Shown one piece after another: positions 12,698 through 26,479 of a stretch of DNA of 64,000 nucleotides. Made by a program: the position numbers and the translations under genes. Origin of the DNA: Selaginella moellendorffii (Eukaryota; Plantae; Lycopodiophyta); the NCBI RefSeq assembly GCF_000143415.4, contig NW_003314265.1, positions 2,373,181 to 2,437,180 on the forward strand. The letters are read 5' to 3'. Position 1 is the stretch's first letter. Each line of letters begins with the position of its first letter. Below the pieces are notes generated by a model. It searched no databases and was not told the DNA's origin. It worked only from the letters and a program-made list of their open reading frames with translations.

Positions 12698-13091
12698 TGT
12701 AGCATACATGGTTTTCACCTTTTACCTTATGATAATTTAAAATAAGATAACTATAGAGTGGGTAACCCTTGGATGTGTAGGTCAAGGGTAGCAAAGTGGA
12801 ACCTAATTTTTAGGGCCTTGGGCCACTAAATGAATGGATAAAGCCAAACTCCCAAATATACAACCAAGGAGCAAAGGAATTATAACATAAAATAACTCTC
12901 ATGCATACAACCTAAGGAATAAAAGGATAGGAGCATGGAGTGATATAGTGCCTAATTAACTCCACTAGCATAACAGGGACTGATAAAGGGTTTAACAATA
13001 CCGATCACCTACTGTCATGATAATAAAAGAAGAATATCCAAAAAGACTCACCAATAAGTAACTTTCGATACCCACAATTATATTTGTAACA
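12698..13091 (-). mobile_element. Strongly decayed, internally deleted family-B solo LTR
   Basis: Starts tgtagcatacatggttttcacc (compare the B LTR end) and ends ...tatttgtaaca. Flanks TTAAG/CCAAG are compatible with a C>T-decayed TSD. Confidence 0.55.
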
Positions 13092-13491
13092 CCAAGACAG
13101 AGATTAAGTCCGAGACCAAGATTAGGTATGAGATCAAGACCAAAGTCTAAATCAAAGTTTAAGTCTAAGAGGTGAAAACCCAAACTAATATTTTCCCAAA
13201 GCCCCAAGAATATAGTAGGCCCCTATAGGATTGTAAGAAAGAGTACTCTAGGGGAACTAATATGGCTAGAGAAGGTTAGTGTGATAACAAAAATGCTATG
13301 CTTATATAATGGGTGATAATATGAACATTAGAGAGTCCAAGTTTAAAGTGAATATAGATGGACAAGTGGGGTGATTTAATGAAGTATTCAAAAGTTTGAT
13401 TTAGTTCTTTTAGGAGATTAAATGGTTAATGCTCTTAATCCAAATATGGGTGGCACTACTTACTTGGATACATTATATAACTCATTGAAAC

Positions 13492-15265
13492 TGTGAGACA
13501 CAAAATCCCTAGGCCCCAAAGTGGAGCTGGAAGGGCGCCACCTGGTAGTGGCCGAAGCGAGAGCCAAACGAGCGTAACACGTTTGGACCAAAAGCTCCGA
13601 CTTGAAAAGTCAAGAGCGGGAGTGGAACTCCCAACGAAGTGCTCGAGGAACGAGCACGAAGCGAGCAAAAGGCGAGGCTCCAAAAAGGGACCCAAAAGGG
13701 CCAACACATGACACGTGGGAGTCCGAGAGGGACCCGAGTTGGAGTCCGAAGTGGAGTCCGAGACGGACCCGAGTTGGAGTCCGAAGTGGAGTCCGAGATG
13801 GACCCGAGTTGGAGTCCGAAGTGGAGTCCGAGATGGACCCGAGTTGGAGTCCGAAATGGAGTCCGAGATGGACCCGAAATGGAGTCCGAAATGGAGTCCG
13901 AGATGGACCCGAGATGGAGTCCGAGATGGAGTCCGAGATGGACCCGAAATGGAGTCCGAGATGGACCCGAGATGGAGTCCGAGATGGAGTCCGAGATGGA
14001 GTCCGAGATGGAGTCCGAGATGGACCCGAGATGGAGTCCGAGATGGAGTCCGAGATGGAGTCCGAGATGGAGTCCGAGATGGAGTCCGAGATGGAGTCCG
14101 AGATGGAGTCCGAAGTCGAGACCGAGACCGGGACCGAGACCGAGACCGAGATCGGGACCGAGACCGAGACCGAGGCCGAGGCCGAGACCGAGCCCGAGTC
14201 CGAGTCCGAGTCCGAGTCCGAGTCCGAGTCCGAGTCCGAGTCCGAGTCCGAGTCCGAGTCCGGAGCCTGAGAGGGTGAAAGCCCAAAGCGTTCGTCTCCC
14301 AGACCCTGGGGGGTTTGGTGAGCTCCAAAAGTATAGTAGGGGGAGGACTGCAGTGGAGCCAGTTTGGCCAGGAAAGGCCAGTTTGGCCTAGGAAGGCCGG
14401 ACCCAGTGTTGGGTGATGAGCTGCCCACTGGGAAGTCCAAGACTAGAGTGAACATGGACCGACAAGCGGGGTAGCTTGGTGAAGTGTTCAAGAGCCGGCT
14501 CTAGTTCCCCCGGGAGATCGACTGGCCGATGCTCCCAGTCCAAGTGTGGGTGGCACTACCTACTTGGATACCTGGTGTGGCTCAACGGAACCCGCTCTAA
14601 GCCCATGGCTAGAGCACTTAAAGGTGAAAGGCGAGGAGAGTACCCAGGTGGCTCGCGTAAGGCCACGGTGGTCCGAAATGTTGTCCCGAAGGCCCAGACT
14701 GTGGAAAGGAAGAGGAACAGTCCTCTGGGGCAGTGACCAAGGACACAGTCGTGTGGTGAGGAAGTCCCAGAGGACCGTGGGACTTAGTGGTCGGGCCTGT
14801 GGGTCTCGATCCAGTGGCAGTGTTGGCAAACACGGCCAGGGGCAAAAAGGGACTTAGTGGGAACTGACAGAGGGATATTGGGGAAGGTTATTCCCCTTGT
14901 TGGTGGGCATCCTAAGGATGCTAAGGAGTGGATCTGAGATGACCACTCACGGATGGTTCGCCTAGTCTTGGAGAGCCAAGACGGTGATGCAAGTGGTATT
15001 GGACTACCAGTGTGGCAAAGGTGATTGGGCATGGCCTTAGCGTGATGGGCTGCTATGTCGGTGGTACCTTTGAGTGTCGGTCATGGGATCGGACACGTGG
15101 AGCACATGGACCAAGTGCAAAAGTTAAGTGGCATGGATGCCATTCTCGGGGCTAGCAAGTCCCAAGTCCTGGATTGGACTTATGGAGGTGGTGAATGAGA
15201 CTCCTCCAAGTGGTCAGAGGTGTGGTTAAGTGACTAAAGTAGAATGGAAAATTTAGTCGCTTACA
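13492..15265 (+). mobile_element. Young family-A solo LTR (1774 bp), perfect TSD GAAAC, nested in an older copy of its own family
   Basis: TGTGAGACAC...CGCTTACA ends, GAAAC on both flanks, CpG-rich and little decayed. Confidence 0.93.
13720..14262 (+). repeat. Hierarchical hexamer-based satellite within LTR A: (GAGATGGAGTCC)n with 11-mer GAGATGGACCC, then (GAGACC)n and (GAGTCC)n
   Basis: Directly visible. Homologous arrays of variable length at ~6310-6600, 10010-10205, 18580-18882, 32815-33198 and 37175-37362. Confidence 0.95.
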
Positions 15266-15929
15266 GAAACCTCAATCTAATTACATGGCTAGAGCACCCT
15301 AGTGGTGAAAGGTGGGGACAGCATCTATAAGGCTTGTGTTGGGTTGTGGTATTTCAAGATGTCATCCCAAAATATCTAACAGTGAAGAAGAAGAGTGACC
15401 CTCTTGATTAATAACTAAAGGTATAGTTGAAGTCCTAGAGGTTAGTAGGATTTAATGAATGGGCTTGTGGGCCCTGACCTAATAGTGATGTTGGCAAGCA
15501 TTGTTGTGGACAGATTAAGAACTGAAGAAGGGATATTAGGGGATAGTGTTCATGTCTTAAGGCATCCTAAAAATGCTAAAGAATGGTCATATAGTGACCA
15601 CTTATAGATGGATGGTTTAGTCTTAGAGAGATGCAACTATGGTAAAGATGATATTGGACTACTAATAAAACAGTAAAAATAAACATGGCTTTATTGTAAA
15701 AGGGTAGGATGTCTATGGTACCTTTGGGTGTCCAAGATGGGACTTAGATAACACTTGGACTAAATGTGAAGTCGGTGTGGCTTTGAATTCACTTTTAGGG
15801 ACTTTGTAAATACTCCAAGTTGGGATAAAAACTTATAGAGGTTGTGAGTAAAACTCCTTCAAGTGGTTAAAAGTGTGGTTAAATGACTAAAGTAGAATAG
15901 AAAATTTAATCACTTACATTAAGGAATAG

Positions 15930-17020
15930 ACATGAAACAATTGATAAGAAAGTCTTTAAAAAGGAACAAAAGAATGACTAACATATGGCAAGTGTGACAC
16001 ATGAAAGTATCAAAACCAAGTCCAAGATTAAGTTTGAAATTGAGTTTGAGATCGAGGCCAAAATTGAGGCCGAGATCAAGTCCAAGGCCTAATATATCCG
16101 AGGCCAGATAAATATGAACGTGGGGTGAAAGCCCAAAGTGATTGTATCCCAAACTTTAAGGGGTTTGATAAGTACTTATGAGATAGTAAAGGGGAGGACT
16201 TCTAGGGAATCAATATGGCTAGTGAAGGCTAGTGTAACTAAAGAAGGTTATGCCTATGTAATGGGTGATAATATGAATATTGGGGAGTTTGAAGTTAACG
16301 TGAACATAAATGGAAAAGTCAAATAACTTAGTAAAGTGTTCAAAAGTCAACTTAAATGGTTAATGCTCCCAATCCAAGTGTAGCTAGCACTACCTACTTG
16401 AATACTTGGGATGGTTAATTGAAGCCACATGGTTGGCCACCTTGGTCAAGAAAGGTGAGGAGAGTACTCATAAAGCTTGTATTGAGCCGTGGTGTTTCAA
16501 AATGTTATTCCAAAGTCCTTAACGGTAGAATTGAAAAGGAATAGTCCTCTTGCTTACTAATCAAGGGTATAGTTATATAGTGAAAAAGTCCTAAGGGTTA
16601 ATGGGACTTAGTGGACAGGCTTTTGGGCACTTTTCTAGCAGTAGTGTTCGCAAACACTATCATGGAAGGAGAAGGATTTCGTAATGATTAAAGAAGGGAT
16701 ATTAGAAATGGTGTTCCCCCATGTTTTGGGGCATTTTATAAATGTTAAGGAGTAGTCATAGGATGAACATTCATGGATGGATGATCTAGTTTTAGAGAGA
16801 TAAGATTGTGGTACATGTGGTTTTAGATTATTAATAAAATAGTGAGAAGGGACATGACATTAATATAAAAGGTTGTTATGCCCATGGTACCTTTAGGTGT
16901 TTGAAATGAGATTAAACACATGCAAGTGCAAAGCTAGTATGGCTTTGAGATCACTTCTAGAGGTTATAAGTACCTTAAGTTAGGATGAAGACTTATAGAA
17001 ATTATAAATAAGACTCTTTC
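15930..17020 (+). mobile_element. Truncated, decayed family-A LTR fragment
   Basis: Contains decayed satellite, ggggtgaaagcccaaag (16122) and downstream family-A sequence. Termini are missing. Confidence 0.75.
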
Positions 17021-17039
17021 AGGCTTGATAGAAGTATTC

Positions 17040-18329
17040 ATTTCTACATTGACTATTATCTATTAAATGATATGACAATTTTAGATATGTACTATTTTCC
17101 CTACATTACTAATCTTTTAACTATTTAGGGCAAAACTATTAGTTCACCAAGTTGGATTTTGCTTTTGGATACTGACAAGTTCCAATGGCCAAGGAGGATG
17201 TTTCTAAGATTGCTTTCCATACATCATTTCATTTATACAAGTTTTTAGTGATGCTGTTAGGGTTGAATAATGTTTTAACAACTTTTCAGTAGATGATGGA
17301 TAAAGTTTTTTGTGATATGCCAAAAATGACTACTAACTTCATTGCTGATGTCTTGATCCACTCTAAGGGGATATAAAAAGAGCATGTATATGATATTTGC
17401 AAGGTGTTAGATCAATTATAAAAAGTTTATTTGAAATTAAAGTGATCAAAGTGTTGGGTTCAAAAATACAACTTATCATTAGTATTGCATTTCTCATGAA
17501 GGTTTGCAAGTTGATTTTGACAAACTTATGATTATTATGAAGTTCCCTATTATAAAGTGTGTAAATGATGTATGATGTTTCCTTGGCAAGGTGCAATATC
17601 TTAGTTGTATTATTGTTCATCTTTCTGATCATATTGCACCATTGCAAGTGTTGCTAAAGTTATCTATATTGTATTTTACCTAGTTTGAGGATTGTGAACG
17701 AGCATTTATAGATCCCAAAGTCCCAATATTCTTGATTTACTTCATGGTGGCAGCCTCGGGAGTGGAGGATTTCCATCGTAGCTCTACATTATCAATTATC
17801 TTTTCTTACTTAAAGTGAACTACTCTAACCTTCATGTGTACTTATCAAATATTATTAAAAGGTGATTATGCTATAGTTATTTCACTATTGAAGGGGAAAT
17901 ACTTGGTTGGTCATATAACTTAATGGATTTTAAAACTTTAGATATATGACTTGGTGGTAGTTTATTATATAAGGAGTTATATAATTGATGTTGATGCCTT
18001 TCTCAAGCTCCTCTCTCTACTTTGCTATCTTCTCATATTCTTGATGAGTCTATGATTCAAGCATTATTAGATTTTCCAGATGACAATTCCATACTATTGG
18101 CAATTATTGTATTTGATGTTCAATATCTATAAGGTGTGAAGCTAGATTTACTTTCTTTTAACAAGGTTTATGAGGCTTAAATGATTAAGTTATGGATCCG
18201 AAGCCTTTATGATGGGTTTGAGAATCTTGCATCATTTACTAATGACTTGCTATTTCAGCATTTACATTCTTAATATTGTTTTAAGAACAACCTTCTTTAC
18301 TTTGTGAGGATTGATCCTAATGACCATTT
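17040..18329 (+). mobile_element. Highly decayed Ty3/gypsy RT-RNase H remnant (element E), probable host of element D; may resume at ~38488
   Basis: 17150-17280 translates KLDFAFGY*QVPMAKEDVSKIAFHTSFHLYKFLVMLLGLNN, a gypsy RT segment. Confidence 0.7.
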
Positions 18330-21300
18330 TGTAAGACACAAATCCCTATGTTCCAAACTAAAGCCAAAAGTGTGCCACATGGTAGTGGTTGAAATAGAAG
18401 TTCAACAAGTATAACATGTTTGGACCAAAAGCTTTAACTCAGAAAGTCGAGAGTGGGAGTGGAACTCCTAAAGAAGTGCTCGAGAAATGAGTATGAAACA
18501 ATCAATGAACAAGTCTCTAAAAAAGGACATAAGAGGGACCAACACATGACAGGTGTCATGATACAGGGAAGTGTCAGGACCAAGTCCGAGATGGAGTCTG
18601 AAATGGAGTCCAAGGAGGAGTCTAAGATGAAGTCTAAGATGGAATCCGAAATAGAGTCCGAGAAGGAGTTTGAGATGGAGTCCAAAATGGAGTCCGAGAT
18701 GGAGTCCAAGAAGGAGACTGAGACCAAGACCAAGACTGAGACCGAGACCGAGACCAAGATGGAGTCCGAGATAGAGTCCAAGAAGGAGTCTGAGATGGGG
18801 ACTAAGACTAGGATTGGGACCGAGACTGAGATCGAGACCGAGACTAAGTCCGAGTCTGAATTCGAGTCCAAATCTGAGTCCGAGGGTGAAAGCCCAAAGC
18901 AATCATCTCCTAAACCCCGAGGGGATTGGTGAGTTCCAAAAGTATAGTAGGGGGAGGACTCCAATAAAGCCAGTTTGGATAAAAAAGGCTAGTGTGACCA
19001 AAAAAATTTATACTCATGTGGTGGGTGATATTATAACCATTGAAGAGTCCAAGGTTTGAGTGAACATGGATGAACAAGTGGGGTAACTTAGTGAAGTATT
19101 CAAAAGCCTGACTCTAACTCCCTCAGGAGATTGAATGTAAGTGTGAGTGAGGGGCACTACCTATTTGGATACCTAGCATGGCTCATCAGAATCTTGGTTT
19201 AGCCACATAGCTAGGGCATCTAAGGGTGGAAGGTGGGGGCAGTACTCATGAGGCCTATATAGGGCCACTAGTGTTTTAAAATGTTGTCTTAAAATCCTAG
19301 ATTGTGGAAAGGAAGAAGAACAATCCTCTTGCATAGTGACTAAAGGCATAGTCATGTGATAAGGAAGTCTTAAAAGTCAGTGGGATTTAGTGGTTGGGCC
19401 CCCGAGCCTTGACCCAGGGGCAGTGTTGGTGAGTATGGCCGTGGATGGAGAGGGACTTGGTGGGGACTAAAGAAGGGACATTGGGGAATGGTGTTCTCTA
19501 TATCTCCAAACTTTTTAAAGACATTAAGGCGTGGTTCTGAGATGACCACCTATGGACAGATGGCCTAATTTTTGAAAGACTGGACTATAGCATAGATGCT
19601 TTTAGACTACTAATGAGATAAAGGTATATAGATATGGCCTTAGTGTAATGGGCTGATAGGTTAGTAGCACCTTTGAGGTGTCTGTTATAGGATTGGATAT
19701 ATGGAGCATTTGGACCAAGTGCAAAGTCTAAATGGCATAGATGCCATTCATAGGGTTAGCATGTCCCCAAGTTTGGAATAAAACTTATGGAGGTTGTGAG
19801 TAAGACTTCTCTAAATGGTCAAAAAGTGTGGTTAAATGACTAAAGTAGAATAGAAAATTTAGTCACTTATAACTTGGTATTAAAATTTTTCCTTAGTTCG
19901 ACTTTTATTAATGATGAAGTATACCATTTGTATTGGCATCAGAAAGTCCCAAGAGTGGGCCTATCCTCGAGGAGTAGCATGTTGAGAGAGCATGACTCTC
20001 CACTTTGGTTCATACGTGAACATATTGGCAATGTGGTGGATAGAAAGGGGCCAATAAAGGAATGACTTTGGATCTTGGGAACAATAGAAGGTTTTCCTCA
20101 TAGAGTTGAGGATGTGATTTATATAAACGTTTGAGTTAGTAAACTAACTAATATGATTATGGTAAACAATTATAGTTGGGATTACAAGAAAGAAACTCTG
20201 AGACAATAAAGGAGTTAGAAGATTATCCTCATATAGTTGAGGATGGTGCTTATGAATTGATGTTTTTTGATGGCCAGATTTTTTTTTCTCATTCTTGGTG
20301 ATATCTAGGAACCTCCTGTGATTGTGAGAAAGGGCTTTGATAGCTCCCCAGCTAGTGTGTGAGGAATAAGAGAGAACAATGCAATGTAAAAAACAAAGTT
20401 ACCCTTGTGGTACGGAAAACCAGGATCCCTTGTGTACGGTCGGGGCTTTCCCCGCGCAAAAGGGTTTTCTTATTTAGCTATGGCGAAGTGAAGATGACGC
20501 TTTAGAGCACGGGATCACCTAGGGTTCGTGGAATGGCATCGAGCAGTAGGCATAGGCTCAACAAGGAGTAGAGTTAATGACCATAAGAGGGCAAATATAG
20601 ATGAGGACATGTGTCCTTGAAATGGTAACTAAGGCTACCTTTAATAAAAGTTGGAATTGCAAGGTGTAATCAAAGGATAAGTTGATGTTTTTATCATATG
20701 GGAAAATAGTCTAAGGTGTAAAAACAGCCCATGTAAAATAAAGGATAAGCAAATGTCAGAGTAACACTTGCAAAGATGGTCTTTATAAATAAAATGTGAA
20801 TACAAGAAGTTATATTTAAGTGTGATGGCACTTCAAAAGTAGCCAAGAAACTAAGACCTTATAGGACATCAGATTAATAAAGTCCAAAACCTAGATGACC
20901 CATTAGAGTCAAGAGATGGTCCCAAAGGCTTGAAGGAATCCCATTTGGATGAAGGTGTGTTGTACCTTACGGAAGACTAAGAGGATTATAAGATCCAAGT
21001 ATGAGAACAATGGGCATTTTATTGATGGCGAAAAATGTTATACTAAAATCGTGAAAAGGTGTTTATAGAAGATAACAACTTTGATAAAAAACTGTAGGTG
21101 AACACTATAAACCAGTGCTAACCAATAGTTGGTATAAGAAAGAACTACTTTGGTTTTGATGAACTTAGACATATGTGGAAAGTGTCTTGAAAGTAGGCTC
21201 ATGGAGCTAATAGGGTGGAGACCCCAAATGTTTTAAAAGATGATGCTTTGAAGTCAAGTTGATGGGTTCATAAGAACTTTTTACTAAAAGAATCCCAATG

Positions 21301-24300
21301 GAAATGGGATTGACATAACTTAAGTTGGAAGGCATGTGACTCTAGTGCATTGACCCAAATAAAGATGGAAGTATGGAATCACTAATAATGAGTTGTAAGA
21401 CTTGACGAATATAAGGTAACTAAACAAAAGGTATGGCCTAATTGACTGGATTTGTGGAAATTAACTTCCTAAGCCTTCTTATTGGGATAAGAAGGAGGTT
21501 AGATATATCCCTTAAAGGATAAATTTGCTTATGTTGCAATATAATGAGTCAATAATGTAAAAGAAAATACTCATTATCAAAAAAGGCCATAATTAGAACA
21601 CCTAAACACTCTCAAACACCTAGAAATGGTGTTTGGTATTATAAGGGCATTAGATAAGGCCCAAAAGAATAAATCCTTAACAAATGATGGATAAAAAATG
21701 TTATTCAAGGTCCAAAGTTGCGGAGATAAAAGAAGTTTGTCTATCTGAATTGGACAAAGTTAGAAGGATTTTGGCAAGGTTAGTGACGGGCATACAAAGG
21801 CCCATGAATAGTAATATTAATCCTGATGTATGAGATTATAAGATGAATATATCCAAATTGAAGAATCACTCCCTAGATCATTGAGTAAGTTCATCCCTAA
21901 GAATACTTGCTAAAGCATAGTAAAAAGTGCAAAACTAACCTCCTGATCAAGAGGGGAATAACCGAAAGGAACGTACAAAGCCAAAAGTAGGTAATAAAGA
22001 GATAAGACCAAACTATAAGAATTGAAAAACATAGCCAAGGGTAGTTATGCAAGTTAGGAATGGGGAATCAAGCAAGTGCTCGAAAGTGTTGCTATTAACA
22101 ACCATAATACTATTGTGAATTTAAAGTATGGAATTGCCTATATTAAACTATATGGCAGTTAAAAAGCTTGTGAAATGAGAAGTTTTGGCAAACTAAGGGA
22201 TAGAGTCCCTTCAATGTTCCCAAAGAATTTTCTGGGTAGGTTACTACCTAGAAAGACAAGTGTAAATGGTTTATAAAAATTCACAACATCAAAGTGGTGT
22301 AGTAGAAGCGTGACCTTGAAGCTTGCCATAAGGCGAGGCTATCAAGGTTGGGGAAGTAATTCCCAAGTGTTTAAAAAGGTGGCTTTGAACAAACGTTAAT
22401 ATTTGAGGACTTTCACGCTTATGCATAAAACCATCTTACACTAGTCATATGACTTGCTAAGTAAAAATGGCAAGTCAGAGAAACAAAGACCCTAATTGAA
22501 GGACTTCAAAAGGAGTGGCCCATAAGGCCAAGCATAGAGGAGCCCATACACAATTATATGTTAATTAATTAGCTTGTCAAGTGAGAAGACTTGGAAGCTT
22601 AGAGTGTTATGATCCAGCGCAAAAAGACAAAGATCTAGTCACCCTAGATTATACTACACCATCTCTTGAGGTTCCTCACCACCCAACCACCCCTAAGCTA
22701 CCTCAAAAGCTCCATTGTGCTGCCGCTCCATTGTGAGCCCTAAGGTAAGTTAAACCCTTTACCCTAACATGCCTTAATATACCCTTAAGCCTCCCTTTGA
22801 CTGATGTTAACCACGTGGTCAAAGTTAGTGCCTAACAATTCTTCCCCCCAACAAAGTTCTTGTCCCAAGGACAAACCCAATGCTTTCTTGATGTATACAG
22901 CTGTGGAAGATGGACTAGAAGCTTGAGTAGGGTTCCCCAAAAAGGGTGATGACCGTTACAACCTGTCACTTCAAAATAGTACACCTTTTAACTAACTAAG
23001 ATAAAATACCAGATGAAATTTCACCCCAGCTAGTAGCCACACCCGATAAGCCGCTTTACCAATGCGCTCCAACACTTTATATGGACCAGCATATCAATAG
23101 AAAAGTTTATCACTCTTCCCTGTTCATAAAGGCACTAAGGTGTTTCGCTGCTCATTTGACAGAAAAATCACTCATACAAAGACAAGATCACCCATGTTAT
23201 ATTCCCAGAATTGGCAATGCTCATTAGCAAACTTTTCCGCTTTATCCTAAGCTACTTGTAAATTCCATTTGCACATCTCCAAAATCTCATTAAGTTTTAT
23301 GGCTAGATCAATCGCCTCAGAATTAAGCTTATCTTGAACGTCCTTACTCAAATGCAATCTTAACTCCACCACTATTCAGGGATGCCTTCCAAATATAACA
23401 AAGTAAGGATTTAGCTTCATTCCACTGTGTTGGCTATTGTTATAAGCAAATTGCACCAACGGAAGATATAAATCCCACTATCCTTGCCTTTGGCCAACAC
23501 TATAATGTAGCATATCCTCCACCACCTAATTCACACACTCAGTTTGCCCATCTGTCTGAGGATGATCTCCACTTGAGAGTTTCAAAGTCATTTATATAGC
23601 CTTCAGAAAGCTCTTCCAAAATCCATTTGTAAACTTTGAATCTCGATCACTAATGATGTCTTATAGCAAACTAAAATCAAGAAAAACCTTCTCCAAGTAG
23701 ACTATAGCCAAGTCTGAGGCAATGACAGTCTTCCGAAGAGCTAACAACCACACATACTTTGTCAATCAATCCATTATAACCCATATTTACTCCTTTTGCC
23801 TCTATGTTCATGGTAAACAAATGATGAAGTCCATAGAGATATTACACTAACAGCTCTAAGGAATAAGTAAAGGTTGCAAAAGTCCCCCCGGCTTCTCTCG
23901 TGGCACCTTAACCCACTGACAGAGCTCACATGATTTACAATACTTAAGGATATCAACTTTCATATTCCTCCAATAAAAATTATGCTTAATCAACTCATAT
24001 GTCTTCTTCCCCCTAAAATGTCTGGCCTCTAGACGATTATGATAGTGGAATAAAACTTGAGTAATTAACACATCCACCCGTGGCAAATAGACACAGCCAT
24101 TGTAGTGGAGAATCCCATCCACCAATGAGAAAGGGGCTTCCATTTGGTCTCGCAAAGAGGCCACCTCAGCATTCTGAGCCTGAGCACGCTTAATCAATTG
24201 CCCAAACTCGCTAACCATTTTACTCAAATGATGACAAAACCGTGTTTGTAACACCGTCACATGACGAACACGAGATAAAGCATCTACCACCACATTCAAT

Positions 24301-26479
24301 TTTCCCGGATGATGCTCAATAGGAAACTCCCTAAACTCCATGAGTTTAACCATTTAATGAACTTGCCTAGTGTTCAACTCCTGTGTGAAAAGATACGTAA
24401 GTGATTTATGATCCGTCAACACTAGAAACACTGCACCATAAAGATAGTGTTGCCACGTTCACAAAGCATGAACAATAGAGAGTAACTTGCTCATATATGG
24501 AATAGTGTTACTATGTGGAATTCAAAGTTTGACTCTCATATGCAATAGGTTGTCCCTTTTGCATAAGAACTCCTCCCAGTGCATAACCACTTGCATCACA
24601 TGTCACCTCGTAAAGTTTTGATAGATTAGCAATATGAAGCATCAGAGCCTGGCTCAACAATCGTTTTAGCACTACAAAACTCTCATCTTGTGGCATCTTC
24701 CACTCAAATGGTACATTTTTGCCCAACAACTATGTTAAGGGAATAGCCACCTCCGCAAACTTATGCTGGAAATGTCGGTAGTAACTATCTATACCAAAAA
24801 AACTGCATAACTCAGCCACTGAAGTTTGTGTAGGCCAATTCTCCACCACAACCACCTTTCTTGGATCCGTCTTGACACCCTTAGATATCACAATATGGCT
24901 TAGATATTCCATCTCTGATTTTGCAAACTCACATTTGCTTTTCTTCATATGAAGTTTGTTGTCACAAAGTAACAAAAGAACATTGCACAAATGCACCTTA
25001 TACTCTTCCATATTCTTGCTGAAAACAAAAATATCATCCAAGAAAATCTCCACAAACTCATGAAGATAACACCCAAATACCTTTGTCATCAACCAAGTAA
25101 ATGTGGCTAGTGCATTCATCAAACCAAATGGCATAACTGTAAACTCAAAATGCCCAAAGTTTGTGTTGAATGCCATCTTAGAGATAGATGCATCATCCAT
25201 TGCAATCTAATAATATCCACTCCTCAAATCAATCTTGGTAAACACTTGTGCTTCACCAAACTTATCTAAGATATCATCCACACGTGGCATTGGCATCTTA
25301 TCCTTCACTATTTTTTTGTTCAAGGCACAGTAGTCAATACACATCCGTATTGAACTATCCTTTTTTTTCACAAGCAAGACCAGAGCACCAAATAAAGACT
25401 TACTTGGTTGAATAAATCCAAACTCAAGTAACTCCTTGATTTGTTGTTAAACATTTTGCTCCTCTTCATAACTTAACCGAAATGGACACCAGTAAATTGG
25501 CCATGTCCCCAGCTCCAACATAATCCCATGCTCTACACCTCATAATGAAGGCAACCCATGAGGAAGTTCAAATGGAAAAACATTGGAAAACTCATCAAGT
25601 ATATCCCATATTGCTGCTTCTCCCCCACACGTGCCTTAGTCCCCCAAGTCATTAACAAATAGTAAATAACTCAAAGTGTTTTTCCATTATAACAAACTCG
25701 CTTCAAAGATGTAGTAGAGAGCATAACAACTGAAAGTTGAAATCCCTCTCTAAACTACACATCTTTAATGCCACCGTACTCCAGCAAGACACGCTTAATA
25801 CTCCACTTTATCTCCAAATCCACTTTCACCAACCATGGCACCTAAGAATGAGATCCACATGATAGATATTCACAAGATAAAAAGTCTCCCTAAGTGTGGT
25901 AATGTCCAAGCTCGCCGTAATGATGACAACCTTGTCTATAATTCTTCACAAAGAACTTCTGCTTTTTTGACCCCTTTACATCCAAAGTAATCACCACAGA
26001 CTTCAACTTGTGGTGCTTATTCCCATCCTTGTGTCCACGGCGATTATCACAATGATTCTTGATAGAAGGACTCTGCAAACGCTTGTGAGACTTGTGTTTG
26101 TTATTGTCAAATCAACGAGCCATATCAAAAAGCTCCTCTAAACTCTTTGTAGGTTGAGAATGACGCAAGTGTAACCGCATGCTCTCACTATGAAGGCCAT
26201 CAATAAAGTAGGACTTGTTTTGATCTGGAACCTTCATTGGAACACAACTAATCAAGCGAGTAATCTTCTCAATATAGTCCCCAAACATCATTTTCCCTTG
26301 CTGGAAATGTCAAAGTTTTGTGTGAGCATTCTCCATGTCGTAGTGAGAGGAAAAATGTAAATAGAAAACAGCCTCAAACTCATCCATGGTAGATATAGGT
26401 GGTTTCTTATCCACAACACAAGACTCCTCAAGCCAATTCCACCACCGCAGACCCGCATCATGCAAAACTATTGGAATAG

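Larger units (their letters stand above)
4210..15918 (+). mobile_element. Old, decayed family-A LTR split by three later insertions (4498-12591, 12698-13091, 13492-15265)
   Basis: Pieces ~4210-4497, 12597-12697, 13092-13491 and 15271-15918 align colinearly with the young family-A LTR (13492-15265) and end in ...cacttaca. Confidence 0.7.

Noticed and set aside
14267-14290. CTGAGAGGGTGAAAGCCCAAA as a retrozyme/hammerhead in LTR A
   Set aside because: It lacks canonical CUGANGA...GAAA spacing, and the CTGA part is absent in most other copies. Kept only as the hairpin cassette finding.
13602-14491. Satellite ORFs as real genes, or the array as a CRISPR
   Set aside because: They are low-complexity products of a hexamer array inside an LTR, with no unique spacers, no cas genes and a eukaryotic context.
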